DNA of 64,000 nt, from the NCBI GenBank assembly GCA_965203055.1, contig OZ241863.1, forward strand, positions 1,344,001-1,408,000. The letters run 5' to 3'. Positions 1 through 10,741 of this stretch are shown here, piece after piece; position 1 is the first letter of the stretch; each line of letters starts with the position of its first letter. A program made the translations under genes and the position numbers. The DNA is from Spirochaetia bacterium. Lineage in GTDB: Bacteria > Spirochaetota > Spirochaetia > SZUA-6 > Bin103. A model generated the notes under the pieces. That model did not search any database, was not told where the DNA came from, and worked only from the letters and a program-made list of their open reading frames with translations.

Positions 1-1920
1 TTATTCATCATCGGCGGCGATATGCTGGCTGCCCGGCGTCTTGGGGTAGAATCCGTACGCCCTTTGGTGATTGGAGACAACGTTCGCGACTGGACTACGG
101 GTGGTTTGATCGCCGTCTGGCCCTATGGTGAGAATTACAGACTTCGTGACCTGAACGACATGCCTGGTGTAGCCCGGCTCTTTTGGTCATACAGAACGTC
201 GATTTCATCCCGAAAACGATTTGGTACTCCGATGCTTGAGAAGGGCCTGTCGTGGTACGAATACCAAGAATTATATTTCAAGAAGCTTCGTTCCAATCTC
301 TGTGTAGCATTTGCCTTCGTCGCTACTCACAATCACTTCGTACTTGACCGTGGTGGTAAGGTGTTCAACCGTTCCGCGCCGGTCATCAAGCTGCCGGACG
401 ACGCAACCGAAGCAGATCACTTGGCGCTTGTCGGCTTGCTCAACAGTTCCGCGGCGTGCTTTTGGATGAAGCAAGTGTTTCACAATAAGGGAAGCACGGT
501 AGACGTTCGCGGAGCTCGCCAAACGACCGATGAATATGAGAATTTCTATGAATACACCGGTACCGGATTGAAGCAGTTTCCGCTTCCACCGGAGCGGCCA
601 GCGGACATCGCAGAGCAAATAGACCGTCTTGCCGCGGAGCGCCAATCTCATCTGCCGGCGCAACTGGCCGACCGCTTTCCCCTGACGCCGGAGGAACTGG
701 ATGCTCACTGCGACGTTGCAGCTTCTCTGCAGGCGCGCATGATCGCCCTGCAGGAGGAGCTCGACTGGGAGTGCTACCGCCTCTACGGCCTCATCGACGA
801 AGACTGCCGGTACTCCGCCGGCACGGGTGACCGCTCCGAACCCCCGCCGCTGGCGCTGGGCGAGCGCGCCTTCGAGATCGTCATGGCGCGGCGGATGGCG
901 GCCGGCGAACTGCAAACCCGGTGGTTCGAGCGCCACGGTTCCACGCCGATCACCGAGGCGCCGGCCCACTGGCCGGAGGACTACCGCGCCCTGGTCGCGC
1001 GGCGCATCGAGCTGATCGGTTCCGACCGCTTCATCGGCCTGCTGGAAAAGCCGGAGTACAAGCGCCGCTGGAACACCGAACCGTGGGAGGATCAGGAACG
1101 GCGCGCCCTCCGCGCCTGGCTGCTCGACCGGCTGGAGTCGCCCGCCTACTGGCCGGAACCGCGGCTCACCACCGTCGGCGAGCTCGCCGCGCGGGCGGCT
1201 GCGGATGCCGACTTCCAGCAGGCCGCGGTCCGCTTCTCCTATCGCGCCTACGGCTACCTCGACGCGCTGGTCGCCGAGCTGGTGGAGTCCGAAAGCGTGC
1301 CGGCGCTGACGGCGCTGCGCTACAAGCCCTCCGGCCTGGCCAAGCGCGCCGACTGGGAGGCGGTCTGGGCCGCGCAGCGGCGCGAGGACGAAATCGACGC
1401 CGAAACGGCCGCCGCGACCCCTCGACTAGCCGGCGAGACCGAAGATCAGCATGCCGCCCGTCTCAAGGCTGAACAGGACCGCCGCAAGCGGGACGAGCTC
1501 GGCGACCTGGCGGCGCCGCCCAAGTACCGCGCGGCGGACTTTCTGAAAGCCGGCTACTGGCGCCTGCGCGGCGCCCTCGACGTGCCGAAGGAGCGCTTCT
1601 TCAGCTTGCCGGGCGTGAGCGGCGACGACGATCCCACGCTCCTGGTGGGCTGCGCCGGTTGGGATCACTTGACCCTCTGCCAGGCGCTGGCCGCCTACTA
1701 CAACGAGGCCAACGAGCGCGACGGTTGGAACGCGGCCCGGGCCGCCCCGCTGCTGGCGACGATCCGGGAGCACGTACCGTGGCTCAAGCAGTGGCACAAC
1801 GACCTCGACGAGGAATACCAGCAGCGCCTGGGCGACGTCTTCGACAGCTTCGTTCGCTCGCAACTCGCGCGGTTCCGTCTGACCGAGCACGATCTGACTG
1901 CCATCACGCCTGCGCGATAG
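1..1920 (+). CDS. pglX: BREX-2 system adenine-specific DNA methyltransferase PglX, C-terminal part (5' end outside window)
   Basis: Open frame from the window edge to TAG at 1918-1920. Motifs AFAFVATHNHFVLDRGGKVFNRSAPVIKLP, GLLNSSAACFWMKQV, MIALQEELDWECYRLYGL, LEKPEYKRRW and YWRLRGALDVPKERF are typical of type-2 BREX PglX. Confidence 0.85.
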   Translation, partial: LFIIGGDMLAARRLGVESVRPLVIGDNVRDWTTGGLIAVWPYGENYRLRDLNDMPGVARLFWSYRTSISSRKRFGTPMLEKGLSWYEYQELYFKKLRSNLCVAFAFVATHNHFVLDRGGKVFNRSAPVIKLPDDATEADHLALVGLLNSSAACFWMKQVFHNKGSTVDVRGARQTTDEYENFYEYTGTGLKQFPLPPERPADIAEQIDRLAAERQSHLPAQLADRFPLTPEELDAHCDVAASLQARMIALQEELDWECYRLYGLIDEDCRYSAGTGDRSEPPPLALGERAFEIVMARRMAAGELQTRWFERHGSTPITEAPAHWPEDYRALVARRIELIGSDRFIGLLEKPEYKRRWNTEPWEDQERRALRAWLLDRLESPAYWPEPRLTTVGELAARAAADADFQQAAVRFSYRAYGYLDALVAELVESESVPALTALRYKPSGLAKRADWEAVWAAQRREDEIDAETAAATPRLAGETEDQHAARLKAEQDRRKRDELGDLAAPPKYRAADFLKAGYWRLRGALDVPKERFFSLPGVSGDDDPTLLVGCAGWDHLTLCQALAAYYNEANERDGWNAARAAPLLATIREHVPWLKQWHNDLDEEYQQRLGDVFDSFVRSQLARFRLTEHDLTAITPAR

Positions 1921-3016
1921 ACGCTACTCGTGCCAGAAATTGGTCGCCGTCGCCGGACTGCACCAGGCAGTCGCCGACGTCGGCCAGTTGATCCGCTTCC
2001 CTGATATCCGCCATCAGAGCCGCCGCACGCTCGCCGGCCTCCGCACCGAACCGAAACGCTGCCATACGGCGCAACAGCGCTCGTTCGTGTTCAAGTCCCT
2101 GCTCGCGGCCTTCCTCGCGGCCCTGCTCGCGGCCCTGCTCGCGGCCTTGCTCAAGTCCCTGCTCAAGTCCTTGCTCAAGTCCCTGCGCAAGGCCTTGCTC
2201 GCGGCCTTCCCGCATCCACTGCGCCGGCCACTCCTTCACTCGATCTTCCAGCGTCATCCGTACCTCCTCCAGGTTCTTCATCTCCGGCAGCTTCTCCCCC
2301 TTCCGCTTGATCCGCTCCATCGAACTCCGCAGCCAGTCCTCGAACACCCGTCGCAACTCCTCGTGCTCCGACCCCGCCAGCCACTCCGCCAGCGCGTTCG
2401 CTACCCGCAACAAGTCCTCCGGCGACCGACTCTGCTCCAGCCCCACCACCGCCCGCATCAGATTCCCGCGCGGCACCGTGTCCGCCCCGACCCGCTGCTC
2501 GTCCACTACGAAGTAGCGCTGCGCCGGTTGGTACGCCGCCAGCCACTGCCCCACCGGCGCGATCAACTCGCCCACCTCCTGCGGCGCGCCCCACGGGTCC
2601 GTGCCGTTGTAGAGCACTACCGGCAGCACCGCCGGCAAGCGGCGCGCCTCCTGCCCGTCCTGTCCGTCCCGCCTCCTCCGACTCTCGTTGCGCAGCCACT
2701 CCTGGTACATCAGGCTGACGTAGACCAGGATGCGCAACGCCATGTAGTAGTCATCGCGCGACTGGAACTCCAGCAGCACCAGCAGATAGGCCCACTCGTC
2801 TCCCACCCGCAGCCGCCATACGGCGTCCCCGTGGCGCTTCAGCAACTCGTCGCTGACGTACTCCGCCGACAGCTTCTGCAACGTCGAGAAGTCAACGGTA
2901 GCGAGCTGCTCGCTGCTGAAGAAGGCGCGCACGAGGTCTTCGACCATGCGCGGGAAGGCGAACAGCATCTTGTACCGCTCGTCGTAGCGGGGGCGGGACT
3001 CGCGTCCGGGGCTCAT
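1904..3016 (-). CDS. Rpn family recombination-promoting nuclease / YhgA-like putative transposase
   Basis: YDERYKMLF, RHGDAVWRL, LLVLLEFQSRDDYYMALRILVY, LPAVLPVVLYNG and C-terminal EQG(L/R) repeats. The ATG at 3016 lies 6 nt after an extended -10 (TGcTACGAT). Confidence 0.9.
   Translation of the reverse strand: MSPGRESRPRYDERYKMLFAFPRMVEDLVRAFFSSEQLATVDFSTLQKLSAEYVSDELLKRHGDAVWRLRVGDEWAYLLVLLEFQSRDDYYMALRILVYVSLMYQEWLRNESRRRRDGQDGQEARRLPAVLPVVLYNGTDPWGAPQEVGELIAPVGQWLAAYQPAQRYFVVDEQRVGADTVPRGNLMRAVVGLEQSRSPEDLLRVANALAEWLAGSEHEELRRVFEDWLRSSMERIKRKGEKLPEMKNLEEVRMTLEDRVKEWPAQWMREGREQGLAQGLEQGLEQGLEQGREQGREQGREEGREQGLEHERALLRRMAAFRFGAEAGERAAALMADIREADQLADVGDCLVQSGDGDQFLARVASIAQA
2091..2213 (-). 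repeat. 12-nt tandem repeat (~10 units) encoding EQGL/EQGR in the Rpn C-terminus
   Basis: Repeating gctcaagtccct / gctcgcggccct units. Confidence 0.85.
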
Positions 3017-3128
3017 TACCGCATCGTAGCAGTACGATCCGGAGAGCGGCAATCAAGACCAGGCGGGGGCGGGCTATAGCGCTGAGTGCGGCCCGCCGGT
3101 GGGGCAGGACACCCGTAGCGGCCGGCTG

Positions 3129-4679
3129 CTACCACGTGGTGTGCGGGTCGGTGTAGGGGGAACGTTCGAAGCGGCAGTCCGGCTCGGTGACGCGGGGATC
3201 CTGCTGCGCGCGCAACGCCGCCAGCAGGCGGGAGGAAAGCTGCTCCCGGGTGGCGTCGCAGGCCGGGTCGCCGGCGATGTTGGTGAGGTAGTGGGGGTCG
3301 CGCTCCAGGTCGTACAGCTCCTCGGCGGGGAACTTGCCGAACCCCATCTCGAACAGCGCGCGCACCTCCGGCTCGGCGCGGTGATGCACCATCCACGCCT
3401 TCGACGGCGAACCGTCCAGGTCGGCGTAGGCGATCATGGTGTCCTCGCACAGCGACTCGAACGACGGCGGCGCGGCGCCGGGGTCGTCCAGGCCGCGCGG
3501 GTCGCCCATCGGCCAGCGCTCCGGCGCGAAGTTGCGAACGTAGAGATAGCGCCCGGTGCGAATGGCGCGTTGCGGGTAGGGCAGATTGCCGGCGCGCGCC
3601 CGCGCGACGTGGCGCTCGCGGCCGAGCACCACGTGGTCGCGGGCCGGGTCCACCAGCCCGGCGGCGGGCGATTCCAGCACCGGCAGCAGGCTGCGCGCCG
3701 TCATGCCCTCCGGCCGCGCGACCTGCGCCGCGTCGAGGAACGTCGGCGCCAGGTCCATCAGGTTGACGAAGTCGTGCACGATCCTGCCGCCCGGCACGCG
3801 GCCGGGCCAGCGCGCCGCCAGCGCCACCTCGCAGCCAAGGTCGTACAGGTTGCACTTGCCGCGCGGGAAGCCGGGAATGCCGTGGTCGCCGCTCACCACC
3901 AGCAGGGTGTCGTCCAGTTCGCCGATCTCCTCCAGCTTGGCGAGCAGGACGCCCAGGCCGGCGTCGACGGCCTGACACTCGCCGAGGTAGTCGCAGAAAT
4001 CCTCGCGCACGGCGTGCGCGTCGGGCAGGAAGGCGGGCAGACGCCCCTTGAGATCGTCCGGCTCCAGCCCCCAGAGCTGCTTGCCGGAGCCGCGCTGCCA
4101 CTTGCGGTGGGTGTTGGTCGGACCCCACCAGTAGCAGAACGGGCGCCCCGGCTCGCGCGCGTCGAGAAACGCCTGGAAGTTGTCGCGGGTCTCGTCGTAC
4201 AGGACCTGCTTGGCGCCCTCCACGCCGCGCTGCGGCGCAAGCTCGGAGGCGACGAACGAGAACTGGCCGAATCTGGTGCCGGCGGGGGCGTAGCGGGTGC
4301 GGTCGCCGCCGTAGGGGGCGTCGCGCGGGGTGCCCGGCGACCACACCTTGTAGGTGTAGCCAATGTGATAGCCGGCCGCCTCCAGCGCCAGCGGGTAGGA
4401 GGGGATGGAGGCGTCCCACTCGGCGCCCTGCAGGATCGCGCCGCGCCCGGTCTGCCAGAAGTAGCGGCCGCTCAGGATCGAGCTGCGGCAGGGGGTGCAG
4501 GAGGGCGCCGGCACGAACGCGTTGCTGAACAACGCCCCCTCGCGCGCCACCCGGTCGAAGTTGGGCGTGTCGATGACCGCGTTGGGCGTGCCGCCGCCCT
4601 GCAGTTGGCGGTAGGCGCCGGCGTAGCGCCCCCAATCGTCGGCGAACGCGAACACGATGTTGGGCCGGCGCCGCGCCAT
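3129..4679 (-). CDS. Formylglycine-dependent sulfatase
   Basis: RPNIVFAFADDWG, CTPCRSSILSGRY (CxPxR), SGDHG, EELYDLERDP. Confidence 0.92.
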   Translation of the reverse strand: MARRRPNIVFAFADDWGRYAGAYRQLQGGGTPNAVIDTPNFDRVAREGALFSNAFVPAPSCTPCRSSILSGRYFWQTGRGAILQGAEWDASIPSYPLALEAAGYHIGYTYKVWSPGTPRDAPYGGDRTRYAPAGTRFGQFSFVASELAPQRGVEGAKQVLYDETRDNFQAFLDAREPGRPFCYWWGPTNTHRKWQRGSGKQLWGLEPDDLKGRLPAFLPDAHAVREDFCDYLGECQAVDAGLGVLLAKLEEIGELDDTLLVVSGDHGIPGFPRGKCNLYDLGCEVALAARWPGRVPGGRIVHDFVNLMDLAPTFLDAAQVARPEGMTARSLLPVLESPAAGLVDPARDHVVLGRERHVARARAGNLPYPQRAIRTGRYLYVRNFAPERWPMGDPRGLDDPGAAPPSFESLCEDTMIAYADLDGSPSKAWMVHHRAEPEVRALFEMGFGKFPAEELYDLERDPHYLTNIAGDPACDATREQLSSRLLAALRAQQDPRVTEPDCRFERSPYTDPHTTW

Positions 4680-4683
4680 GGGT

Positions 4684-5415
4684 TCAGCGTCCCTGGACGC
4701 GGTGCATCTCCGCAATCAGCTCCGCGGTCGGCGGATAGTAGCGGCCGGGGACCGCTCCCTCGGCGCGAATCTTCTCCTTGGCGTAGTTCTCGGCCGCTTC
4801 GTGCTCCAGCGCCCACTCCAGCGCCGCCGCGGCCATCCACGACGGCACCACCAGGACGCCGTCGTTGTCGCCGACCAGCACGTCGCCGGGCCGCACCAGC
4901 GCGCCGCCGCACTGGATCTGGCCGTTCTCCTCGGCCGGCGCGGCCGCCAGGCCGCCGTGGAAGCTGCGCTGCCGGGCGTACACCGTCAGCCCGTACTCCT
5001 CGTCGACGATCACGTCGAGGTCGCGGATGGCGCCGTCCACCACCACCCCGTCGGCGCGGTTCAGCGCGAGCTGCAGCAGCTTGACGTCGCCGGCGACCAC
5101 GTCCTGGCGGGAGCCCATGATGTCCGCCACCAGCACGTCGCCCGGCCCGCAGCGGCCCATTGCCCGGTACTCCAGCTCGTCTTCCCCGCCGGTCCGCTCG
5201 CTCATCAGGTCGGGGCGCACCGGGAGAAACCTGAGGGTGCGCGCCCGCGCCGCGAACCGCTGCCGGCCCGGCGTGAGGTTGATCACTCCCTCGCAGACGT
5301 TGAGCGGGGAGCCGAAGTGGCACACGGCGCCGTACACCGTCGCGGTCGGAATCGACTTCAGCCCGTCCAGCACGGGCTGCGGCACTTGCGCCGGTCGCAT
5401 GTCGAATGCTGGCAT
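4684..5415 (-). CDS. RraA / HMG-aldolase family protein
   Basis: [53 protein letters not shown] 5415 follows TTGACC-18-TATCAT by 6 nt. Confidence 0.85.
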   Translation of the reverse strand: MPAFDMRPAQVPQPVLDGLKSIPTATVYGAVCHFGSPLNVCEGVINLTPGRQRFAARARTLRFLPVRPDLMSERTGGEDELEYRAMGRCGPGDVLVADIMGSRQDVVAGDVKLLQLALNRADGVVVDGAIRDLDVIVDEEYGLTVYARQRSFHGGLAAAPAEENGQIQCGGALVRPGDVLVGDNDGVLVVPSWMAAAALEWALEHEAAENYAKEKIRAEGAVPGRYYPPTAELIAEMHRVQGR

Positions 5416-5514
5416 TCCGCGATGATAGGCGGCCCCCGGCGGCGCGGTCAAATCGCGCCGCCGGCGCGCGGCCGCCGCTATCGGCTCCGCCCCGGCCGGC
5501 GCCGGCGGCGTTGC

Positions 5515-5543
5515 TTGACGGCCGCCCGCAACGCTTCTACGAT
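5515..5543 (+). promoter_or_regulatory. Sigma70-type promoter of the sugar ABC operon, back-to-back with the RraA promoter
   Basis: TTGACG-17 nt-TACGAT. Confidence 0.6.
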
Positions 5544-5562
5544 GCCATGCCGTGAGGTAGAA

Positions 5563-6510
5563 ATGATGACGCGGGCTCAAACAACGACGCGAGCTTTCCC
5601 GCAGCGGTCCGCCCTGGCCGCGCACGTCGTCAAGCACCGCTACCTCTATCTGCTGCTGTTGCCGGGCCTGATCTTCTACATTCTGTTCAAGTACCTGCCG
5701 ATGTACGGCGTCATCATCGCCTTCAAGCAGTTTACGCCCGTCAAAGGAATCCTGGGCAGCCCCTGGATCGGGTTGGAGAACTTCCAGCGGCTGGTGACGG
5801 CGCGTGACTTCCCGCTGATCTTTCGCAACACCATGCTGCTCGGGTTCTATCAGCTCGCGTTCGGCTTCCCGGTGCCGATCGTTCTTGCGTTGCTGCTCAA
5901 CGAAGTGAGCTACGCGCCCTTCAAGCGCAGCGTGCAGACGATCATCTACCTGCCCCACTTCATCTCCTGGATCGTCGTGGCCGGACTGGTGTTCCGGCTC
6001 ACGACGGTGGACGGCGGTCCGATCAACGAGGTGATCAAGGCGTTCGGCGGGGACCCGGTGATCTTCCTGGCCAGCAAGCCGCACTTTCGCGGTCTGCTGG
6101 TGATCTCCGACATCTGGAAGAGCTCGGGCTGGCGCACCATCATCTTCCTGGCCGCGCTCAGCACCGTCGATCCTACGCTCTACGAGTCGGCCGTCATCGA
6201 CGGCGCCAACCGCTGGCAGCAGACGTGGCGCATCACCCTGCCGAGCATGGCGGAGGTAATCGCCATAGTGCTGATCCTGCAGGTCGGCGACATACTCCGC
6301 GTCGGCTTCCAGCAGGTAATCGCCATGTACAACCCCGCGGTCTACGAGGTGGCTGACATCTTCCAGACCTACGTCTACCGGACCGGTCTGTTGCAGGGGC
6401 AGTTCGGCTACGCCACCGCGGTCGGGCTGTTCAACTCGATCATCGCGCTGGCGCTGGTGCTGGTCGCCAACTGGGGCGCCAAGCGGCTCGGCACCGACGG
6501 GCTGTTCTAG
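5563..6510 (+). CDS. Carbohydrate ABC transporter permease (LplB-like)
   Basis: GAGGT RBS, multiple TM segments, EAA-like [22 protein letters not shown]. Confidence 0.92.
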   Translation: MMTRAQTTTRAFPQRSALAAHVVKHRYLYLLLLPGLIFYILFKYLPMYGVIIAFKQFTPVKGILGSPWIGLENFQRLVTARDFPLIFRNTMLLGFYQLAFGFPVPIVLALLLNEVSYAPFKRSVQTIIYLPHFISWIVVAGLVFRLTTVDGGPINEVIKAFGGDPVIFLASKPHFRGLLVISDIWKSSGWRTIIFLAALSTVDPTLYESAVIDGANRWQQTWRITLPSMAEVIAIVLILQVGDILRVGFQQVIAMYNPAVYEVADIFQTYVYRTGLLQGQFGYATAVGLFNSIIALALVLVANWGAKRLGTDGLF

Positions 6511-6535
6511 CGGCGCGAGACTGCGGAGACGCTGC

Positions 6536-7420
6536 ATGGCCCTGAAGAAGAGCCCCTCGCGCATCCTCTTCGAGGTGTTTCTCTACGGCTTCTTCGTGGT
6601 GGCCGCGCTCGGCTGCGTGTACCCGTTCTGGACCGTGGTGGTCACCTCCATTCTGCCCTACGAAGTCTACCTCAAGAATCCGCTGATGCCGATTCCGAGC
6701 GCCTTCAGCATCAACGCCTACCGGCTGGTGTTCCTCCAGGAGGACATCCTGCGAGCCGTCGGCGTGTCCGTATACATCACCGTGTTCGGCACCCTGTTGA
6801 GTCTGCTGGTGACGACCGCCACCGCCTACGTGCTCTCCAAGCGCTACCTGATGGGACAGCGCCTGTTCCTGCTTCTGTTCTTCTTCACCATGCTGTTCGA
6901 GGGCGGCATCATCCCCCTCTACTTCGTGGCGCGCTCACTGGGCATCGTCAACACTCTGTGGGCGCTGATGCTGCCGCTGCTGATCAACACCTTCTTCCTG
7001 CTGATCATGCGCGCCTTCTTCATCTCCTTTCCCGTCAGCCTGGAGGAATCCGCCAAGATCGAGGGCGCCAACGATATCGTCATCCTGCTGCGCATCGTCA
7101 TGCCGCTGTCCAAGGCGGTAATCGCGGTGATCGGTCTGTTCTATGCGGTGGAGCGCTGGAACGACTTCTTCTACGCGTTGATGTTCATCAACCGTGAGCG
7201 GCTGCAGCCGCTGCAGCTTCTGGTCTACAGCCTGATCTCGCCCGGCAGCGGCGCTTCCTTCGCGCAGATTACCGAGACCTATCTGCAATCGCTCGGGGTG
7301 GTGCTGGAAACCATCAAGATGGCGGCCGTGGTGATTGCCGTGGTTCCGATCCTGATCGTCTATCCGTTCATTCAGCGCCACTTCACCAAGGGAATTCTGA
7401 TCGGCTCGATCAAGGGCTGA
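6536..7420 (+). CDS. Carbohydrate ABC transporter permease (LplC-like)
   Basis: [27 protein letters not shown]-terminal [19 protein letters not shown]. Confidence 0.92.
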   Translation: MALKKSPSRILFEVFLYGFFVVAALGCVYPFWTVVVTSILPYEVYLKNPLMPIPSAFSINAYRLVFLQEDILRAVGVSVYITVFGTLLSLLVTTATAYVLSKRYLMGQRLFLLLFFFTMLFEGGIIPLYFVARSLGIVNTLWALMLPLLINTFFLLIMRAFFISFPVSLEESAKIEGANDIVILLRIVMPLSKAVIAVIGLFYAVERWNDFFYALMFINRERLQPLQLLVYSLISPGSGASFAQITETYLQSLGVVLETIKMAAVVIAVVPILIVYPFIQRHFTKGILIGSIKG

Positions 7421-7537
7421 GGAATTATGTGATGTGAGGAGGATACCGGAATGTAGACGAACCAGCGGATCGACGCGGCTGGGTTGCAGCCCGCCGATGG
7501 AGCGCAAGCGAGTGGCGAATATGAAAGGGAGCCTATC

Positions 7538-9067
7538 GTGAAGAAAATACTGGTACTGGTGATGGCCGGGGCGGCCATGATGGTCGTTGCGGCCGGCGCA
7601 TGGGCGGCCGCGGGCGCGGAGAGCGCAGGCGCGGAGAGCGCAGCGACGGAGCGCGTCCACGTGACCGGGTTCTGGTCGGACGGCGTGCCGCCTCCCAAGG
7701 GCCGCATGCTGGACTATATCAACGACCGCTTCAACATCGATTTCGAAATAGTCGTGATCCCGATTGCCGAGTACACCGAGAAGCTGACGCTGGCGATGAC
7801 GGCCGGCGAGCTGGCCGATCTGATCCAGGTGCGCGCACCGACCGGACCCGGCGCCCGGCTGGTGCGGCAGATGATCGACGGCGAGATGGTGATCCCGCTG
7901 GATCCGTTTCTGGACGACTATCCCAATCTGAAGGCGTATCTGGAGATACCGGAGGCGAGCCGGTTCTCGAAGTGGGACGGACAGCACTACGTGGTGCCAA
8001 AGCGCTACTTCTACCACACCACCGGCTTCTACTATCGCAAGGATCTGCTGGACAAGTACAACCAGCAGATCCCGGAGACCATCGACGAATACGGCGAGGT
8101 GCTGAAGGTGGTGGCGCAGGGAGAAGGGATTCCGGGATATATCTCGCTTGGCCTCTACTTCGGCAACCACTACTTCTACGGCGCCTACACCGACGTTGGC
8201 TGGGGGCTGCCCGCGTGGCGCTGGGACGGCGGCAAGTACGTGGACATGTCGATCTCCGACGAGTGGCGCAAAGGCGTCGAGCTGCTGCGCCGGTTCTACG
8301 CCGACGGCGTGCTGGATCCGGAGTTCGTGGTGATGAGCGACTTCGCCAAGTTTCGGGAGAAGTTCACCACCGGCAAGGTGGCGGCGATACCGATTCACGT
8401 GGAGGCGAACTATTTCTACGATGAGATGGTGGGATTGACGGAAGACAGCATTCCGGGCGCCGACGTGTTCGTGACCCCGCCGCCGATGGCGCCGGGGGGA
8501 GCGCACAACGCGCTCACCGGATCGCCGTACGGGACCGTGGACATGCTGATCTCGTCGCAGGCGAAGCACCCCGATCGCATTCTGGCGCTGTGGGACTTCC
8601 TGTTCTCCGAGGATGGTGACTTGTTCAACTTCTACGGTATCGAGGGCGTCCACTGGACGCGCGACGCGGACGGCAACATCGTCCCCAACGAGGAGGAGTT
8701 GGCCAAGGACACGGGCAGTCCCTCCGATCCGATCTCGAAGTGGCGCTGGTTCTCGAACATCATGCCTGACTGGGTGCCGTCCTATTCGATCGAAATCGAG
8801 CGTCAGGAGGAGTTGATCGCCTGGGGCCAGAAACATGGCGTGTCGCCCTACGTGATCGGCTTCGCGTCTCCCACGCTGCAGCGCGCGCAGGCCGATCTGC
8901 AGAAGATACGAGATGAGTTCTACACCGGCTTCATCACCGGCGAGCGCGAGATGTCCGACTGGGACGAGTTCGTCAGCGAGTACCGGCGGGCCGGCTACGA
9001 CGAGCTGGAAGTGGAGGTGCAGGAGTACTGCGCCGACGACGCGTCCGGCAAGTGCCGGCGCCGGTAG
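7538..9067 (+). CDS. Carbohydrate ABC transporter substrate-binding protein
   Basis: GTG start after GGGAG, signal peptide MKKILVLVMAG, YYRKDLLDKY..PETIDEY, YGIEGVHW. Confidence 0.88.
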   Translation: MKKILVLVMAGAAMMVVAAGAWAAAGAESAGAESAATERVHVTGFWSDGVPPPKGRMLDYINDRFNIDFEIVVIPIAEYTEKLTLAMTAGELADLIQVRAPTGPGARLVRQMIDGEMVIPLDPFLDDYPNLKAYLEIPEASRFSKWDGQHYVVPKRYFYHTTGFYYRKDLLDKYNQQIPETIDEYGEVLKVVAQGEGIPGYISLGLYFGNHYFYGAYTDVGWGLPAWRWDGGKYVDMSISDEWRKGVELLRRFYADGVLDPEFVVMSDFAKFREKFTTGKVAAIPIHVEANYFYDEMVGLTEDSIPGADVFVTPPPMAPGGAHNALTGSPYGTVDMLISSQAKHPDRILALWDFLFSEDGDLFNFYGIEGVHWTRDADGNIVPNEEELAKDTGSPSDPISKWRWFSNIMPDWVPSYSIEIERQEELIAWGQKHGVSPYVIGFASPTLQRAQADLQKIRDEFYTGFITGEREMSDWDEFVSEYRRAGYDELEVEVQEYCADDASGKCRRR

Positions 9068-9156
9068 CGCCGGCGTTGGCTTGATTCAGGCGCCGCCGGC
9101 GGGGCGCCCCCCCGGCCGCCCTGCCGTCGGCACCGCGTGAGCAAGGAGGCGCACCG

Positions 9157-10719
9157 ATGCAAGGGGAATTCGATCCGCGGCGCCGGGAGTTGGCCGCCGA
9201 CCCCCACCGGCCGGCGTACCACTACCTGGCGCCGGCCAACTGGATGAACGACCCGAACGGCACGCTGTTCTGGCGCGGCCGTTATCACCTGTTCTATCAA
9301 TACAACCCCTACGGCGCGTACCATGGCGGTGACCGCGGTACCATGCACTGGGGCCACGCGGTGAGCGAAGATCTGGTGCACTGGCGCGACCTGCCGGTGG
9401 CGCTGGCGCCGGAGCCGGGTTCGCCCGACCGGGACGGCTGCTACAGCGGGGCCGCGTTCATTGACCGCAACGGCGTTCCCACGGCCATCTACCATGGCGT
9501 AGCGCCGGGCAGGGAGGGCGGGATCTGCATCGCCAGCAGCGGCGGCGAGCTGCTGGAGCGCTGGACCAAGCATCCCGCCAACCCGGTGATCCCCAACCCG
9601 ACGGCCGCCGACGAGTATCAGGTGGCCGGCGCTCCCTGCGCCTGGGTCGAGGGCGACGCCTACTACGCGGTCACCGGCGGGACCACGCCGCCGCGAGTGC
9701 GCCCGCCGATCACCCCGGGGGACTACCTGGGACGGGCCGACAGCCGCGACGTGGCGTACCTGTTTCGGTCTCGCGACCTGGAGCACTGGGAGTATCTGCA
9801 CCCGTTCTGCGAGGGCGGCCGCTTCACCGAAGGGGGCGAGGATATCGGCTGCCCCGACTTCTTCCCGCTCGGCGACCGCCACGTGCTGCTGTTCACCAGC
9901 CACCTGCGGGGCGCCCAGTATTACGTGGGCCGGTACGCCGGCCGGCGCTTCACGGCGCAGCGGCACAAGCGCTTTACCGTCGCCGAGACCGAACGTCTGG
10001 GGGTGTTCGCCGAGGGTCTCACCCTGCGCGACGAACAGGGCCGGCGGATCCTGTTCGGGCGCGTTCATGAAGGGGTGTACGGTCACGTGCAGCGCGCCTG
10101 GGGTTGGGCCGGCGTCATCACCCTGCCGATGGTGTTGACCCTGGCGGAGCGCGGCCGGGTGCACGTGGCTCCGGTGCCCGAGCTGCGGACCCTGCGCCGC
10201 GAGCATCGGGAGGTGGCCGGCGTGGACCTCGCGGCCGAGGCGGACTTGCCGCTGGAGGCGGTAAGCGGCGACCGGCTGGAGCTCGCGGTGAGCTTCCAGT
10301 GGCAGGACGCCGAGGAGTTTGGCCTCAAGGTGCGCTGCTCGCCGGATGATCGGGAGCAGACCCTGATCCGGATCCGCGCAACCGATTGGACCGCTTGGCG
10401 CGACCCCCGGCAGCCGCGCCGGCGCCAGGCGGAGTTGATTCTCGATGCCAGCCGTTCCAGCGTCAGCCCGCAGGTGGCCGACCGCGGGACGCAGCGTTGT
10501 CCGCTGGAGGTGGGCGGCGACGGGAACGTCGAACTGCGCGTGTTCGTGGACCGAAGCATGGTCGAGGTGTTCGCCGGCGGGGAGCATTACCTGGTGAAGC
10601 GCGTCTACCCGGCCAGCCGCGGCGCCACCGGGGTGCGGCTCTTTGCCCGCGGCGGCGGCGCCAGGGTGCGCCGGCTCGATGCCTGGCAGATGGAGCCGAT
10701 ATGGCCGCTTCAGGCGTGA
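9157..10719 (+). CDS. GH32-family beta-fructofuranosidase-like protein (divergent active site)
   Basis: RPAYHY, WMNDPNG, HWGHAVSEDLVHW, GCYSG, LRVFVDRSMVEVF; AAGGAGG RBS. Confidence 0.88.
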   Translation: MQGEFDPRRRELAADPHRPAYHYLAPANWMNDPNGTLFWRGRYHLFYQYNPYGAYHGGDRGTMHWGHAVSEDLVHWRDLPVALAPEPGSPDRDGCYSGAAFIDRNGVPTAIYHGVAPGREGGICIASSGGELLERWTKHPANPVIPNPTAADEYQVAGAPCAWVEGDAYYAVTGGTTPPRVRPPITPGDYLGRADSRDVAYLFRSRDLEHWEYLHPFCEGGRFTEGGEDIGCPDFFPLGDRHVLLFTSHLRGAQYYVGRYAGRRFTAQRHKRFTVAETERLGVFAEGLTLRDEQGRRILFGRVHEGVYGHVQRAWGWAGVITLPMVLTLAERGRVHVAPVPELRTLRREHREVAGVDLAAEADLPLEAVSGDRLELAVSFQWQDAEEFGLKVRCSPDDREQTLIRIRATDWTAWRDPRQPRRRQAELILDASRSSVSPQVADRGTQRCPLEVGGDGNVELRVFVDRSMVEVFAGGEHYLVKRVYPASRGATGVRLFARGGGARVRRLDAWQMEPIWPLQA

Positions 10720-10741
10720 GGGCGTCTACCATGGAGCGGGC

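Noticed and set aside
7612..7641. 15-nt duplication (GAESA x2) after the signal peptide of the binding protein
   Set aside because: An ordinary low-complexity linker with two copies only.
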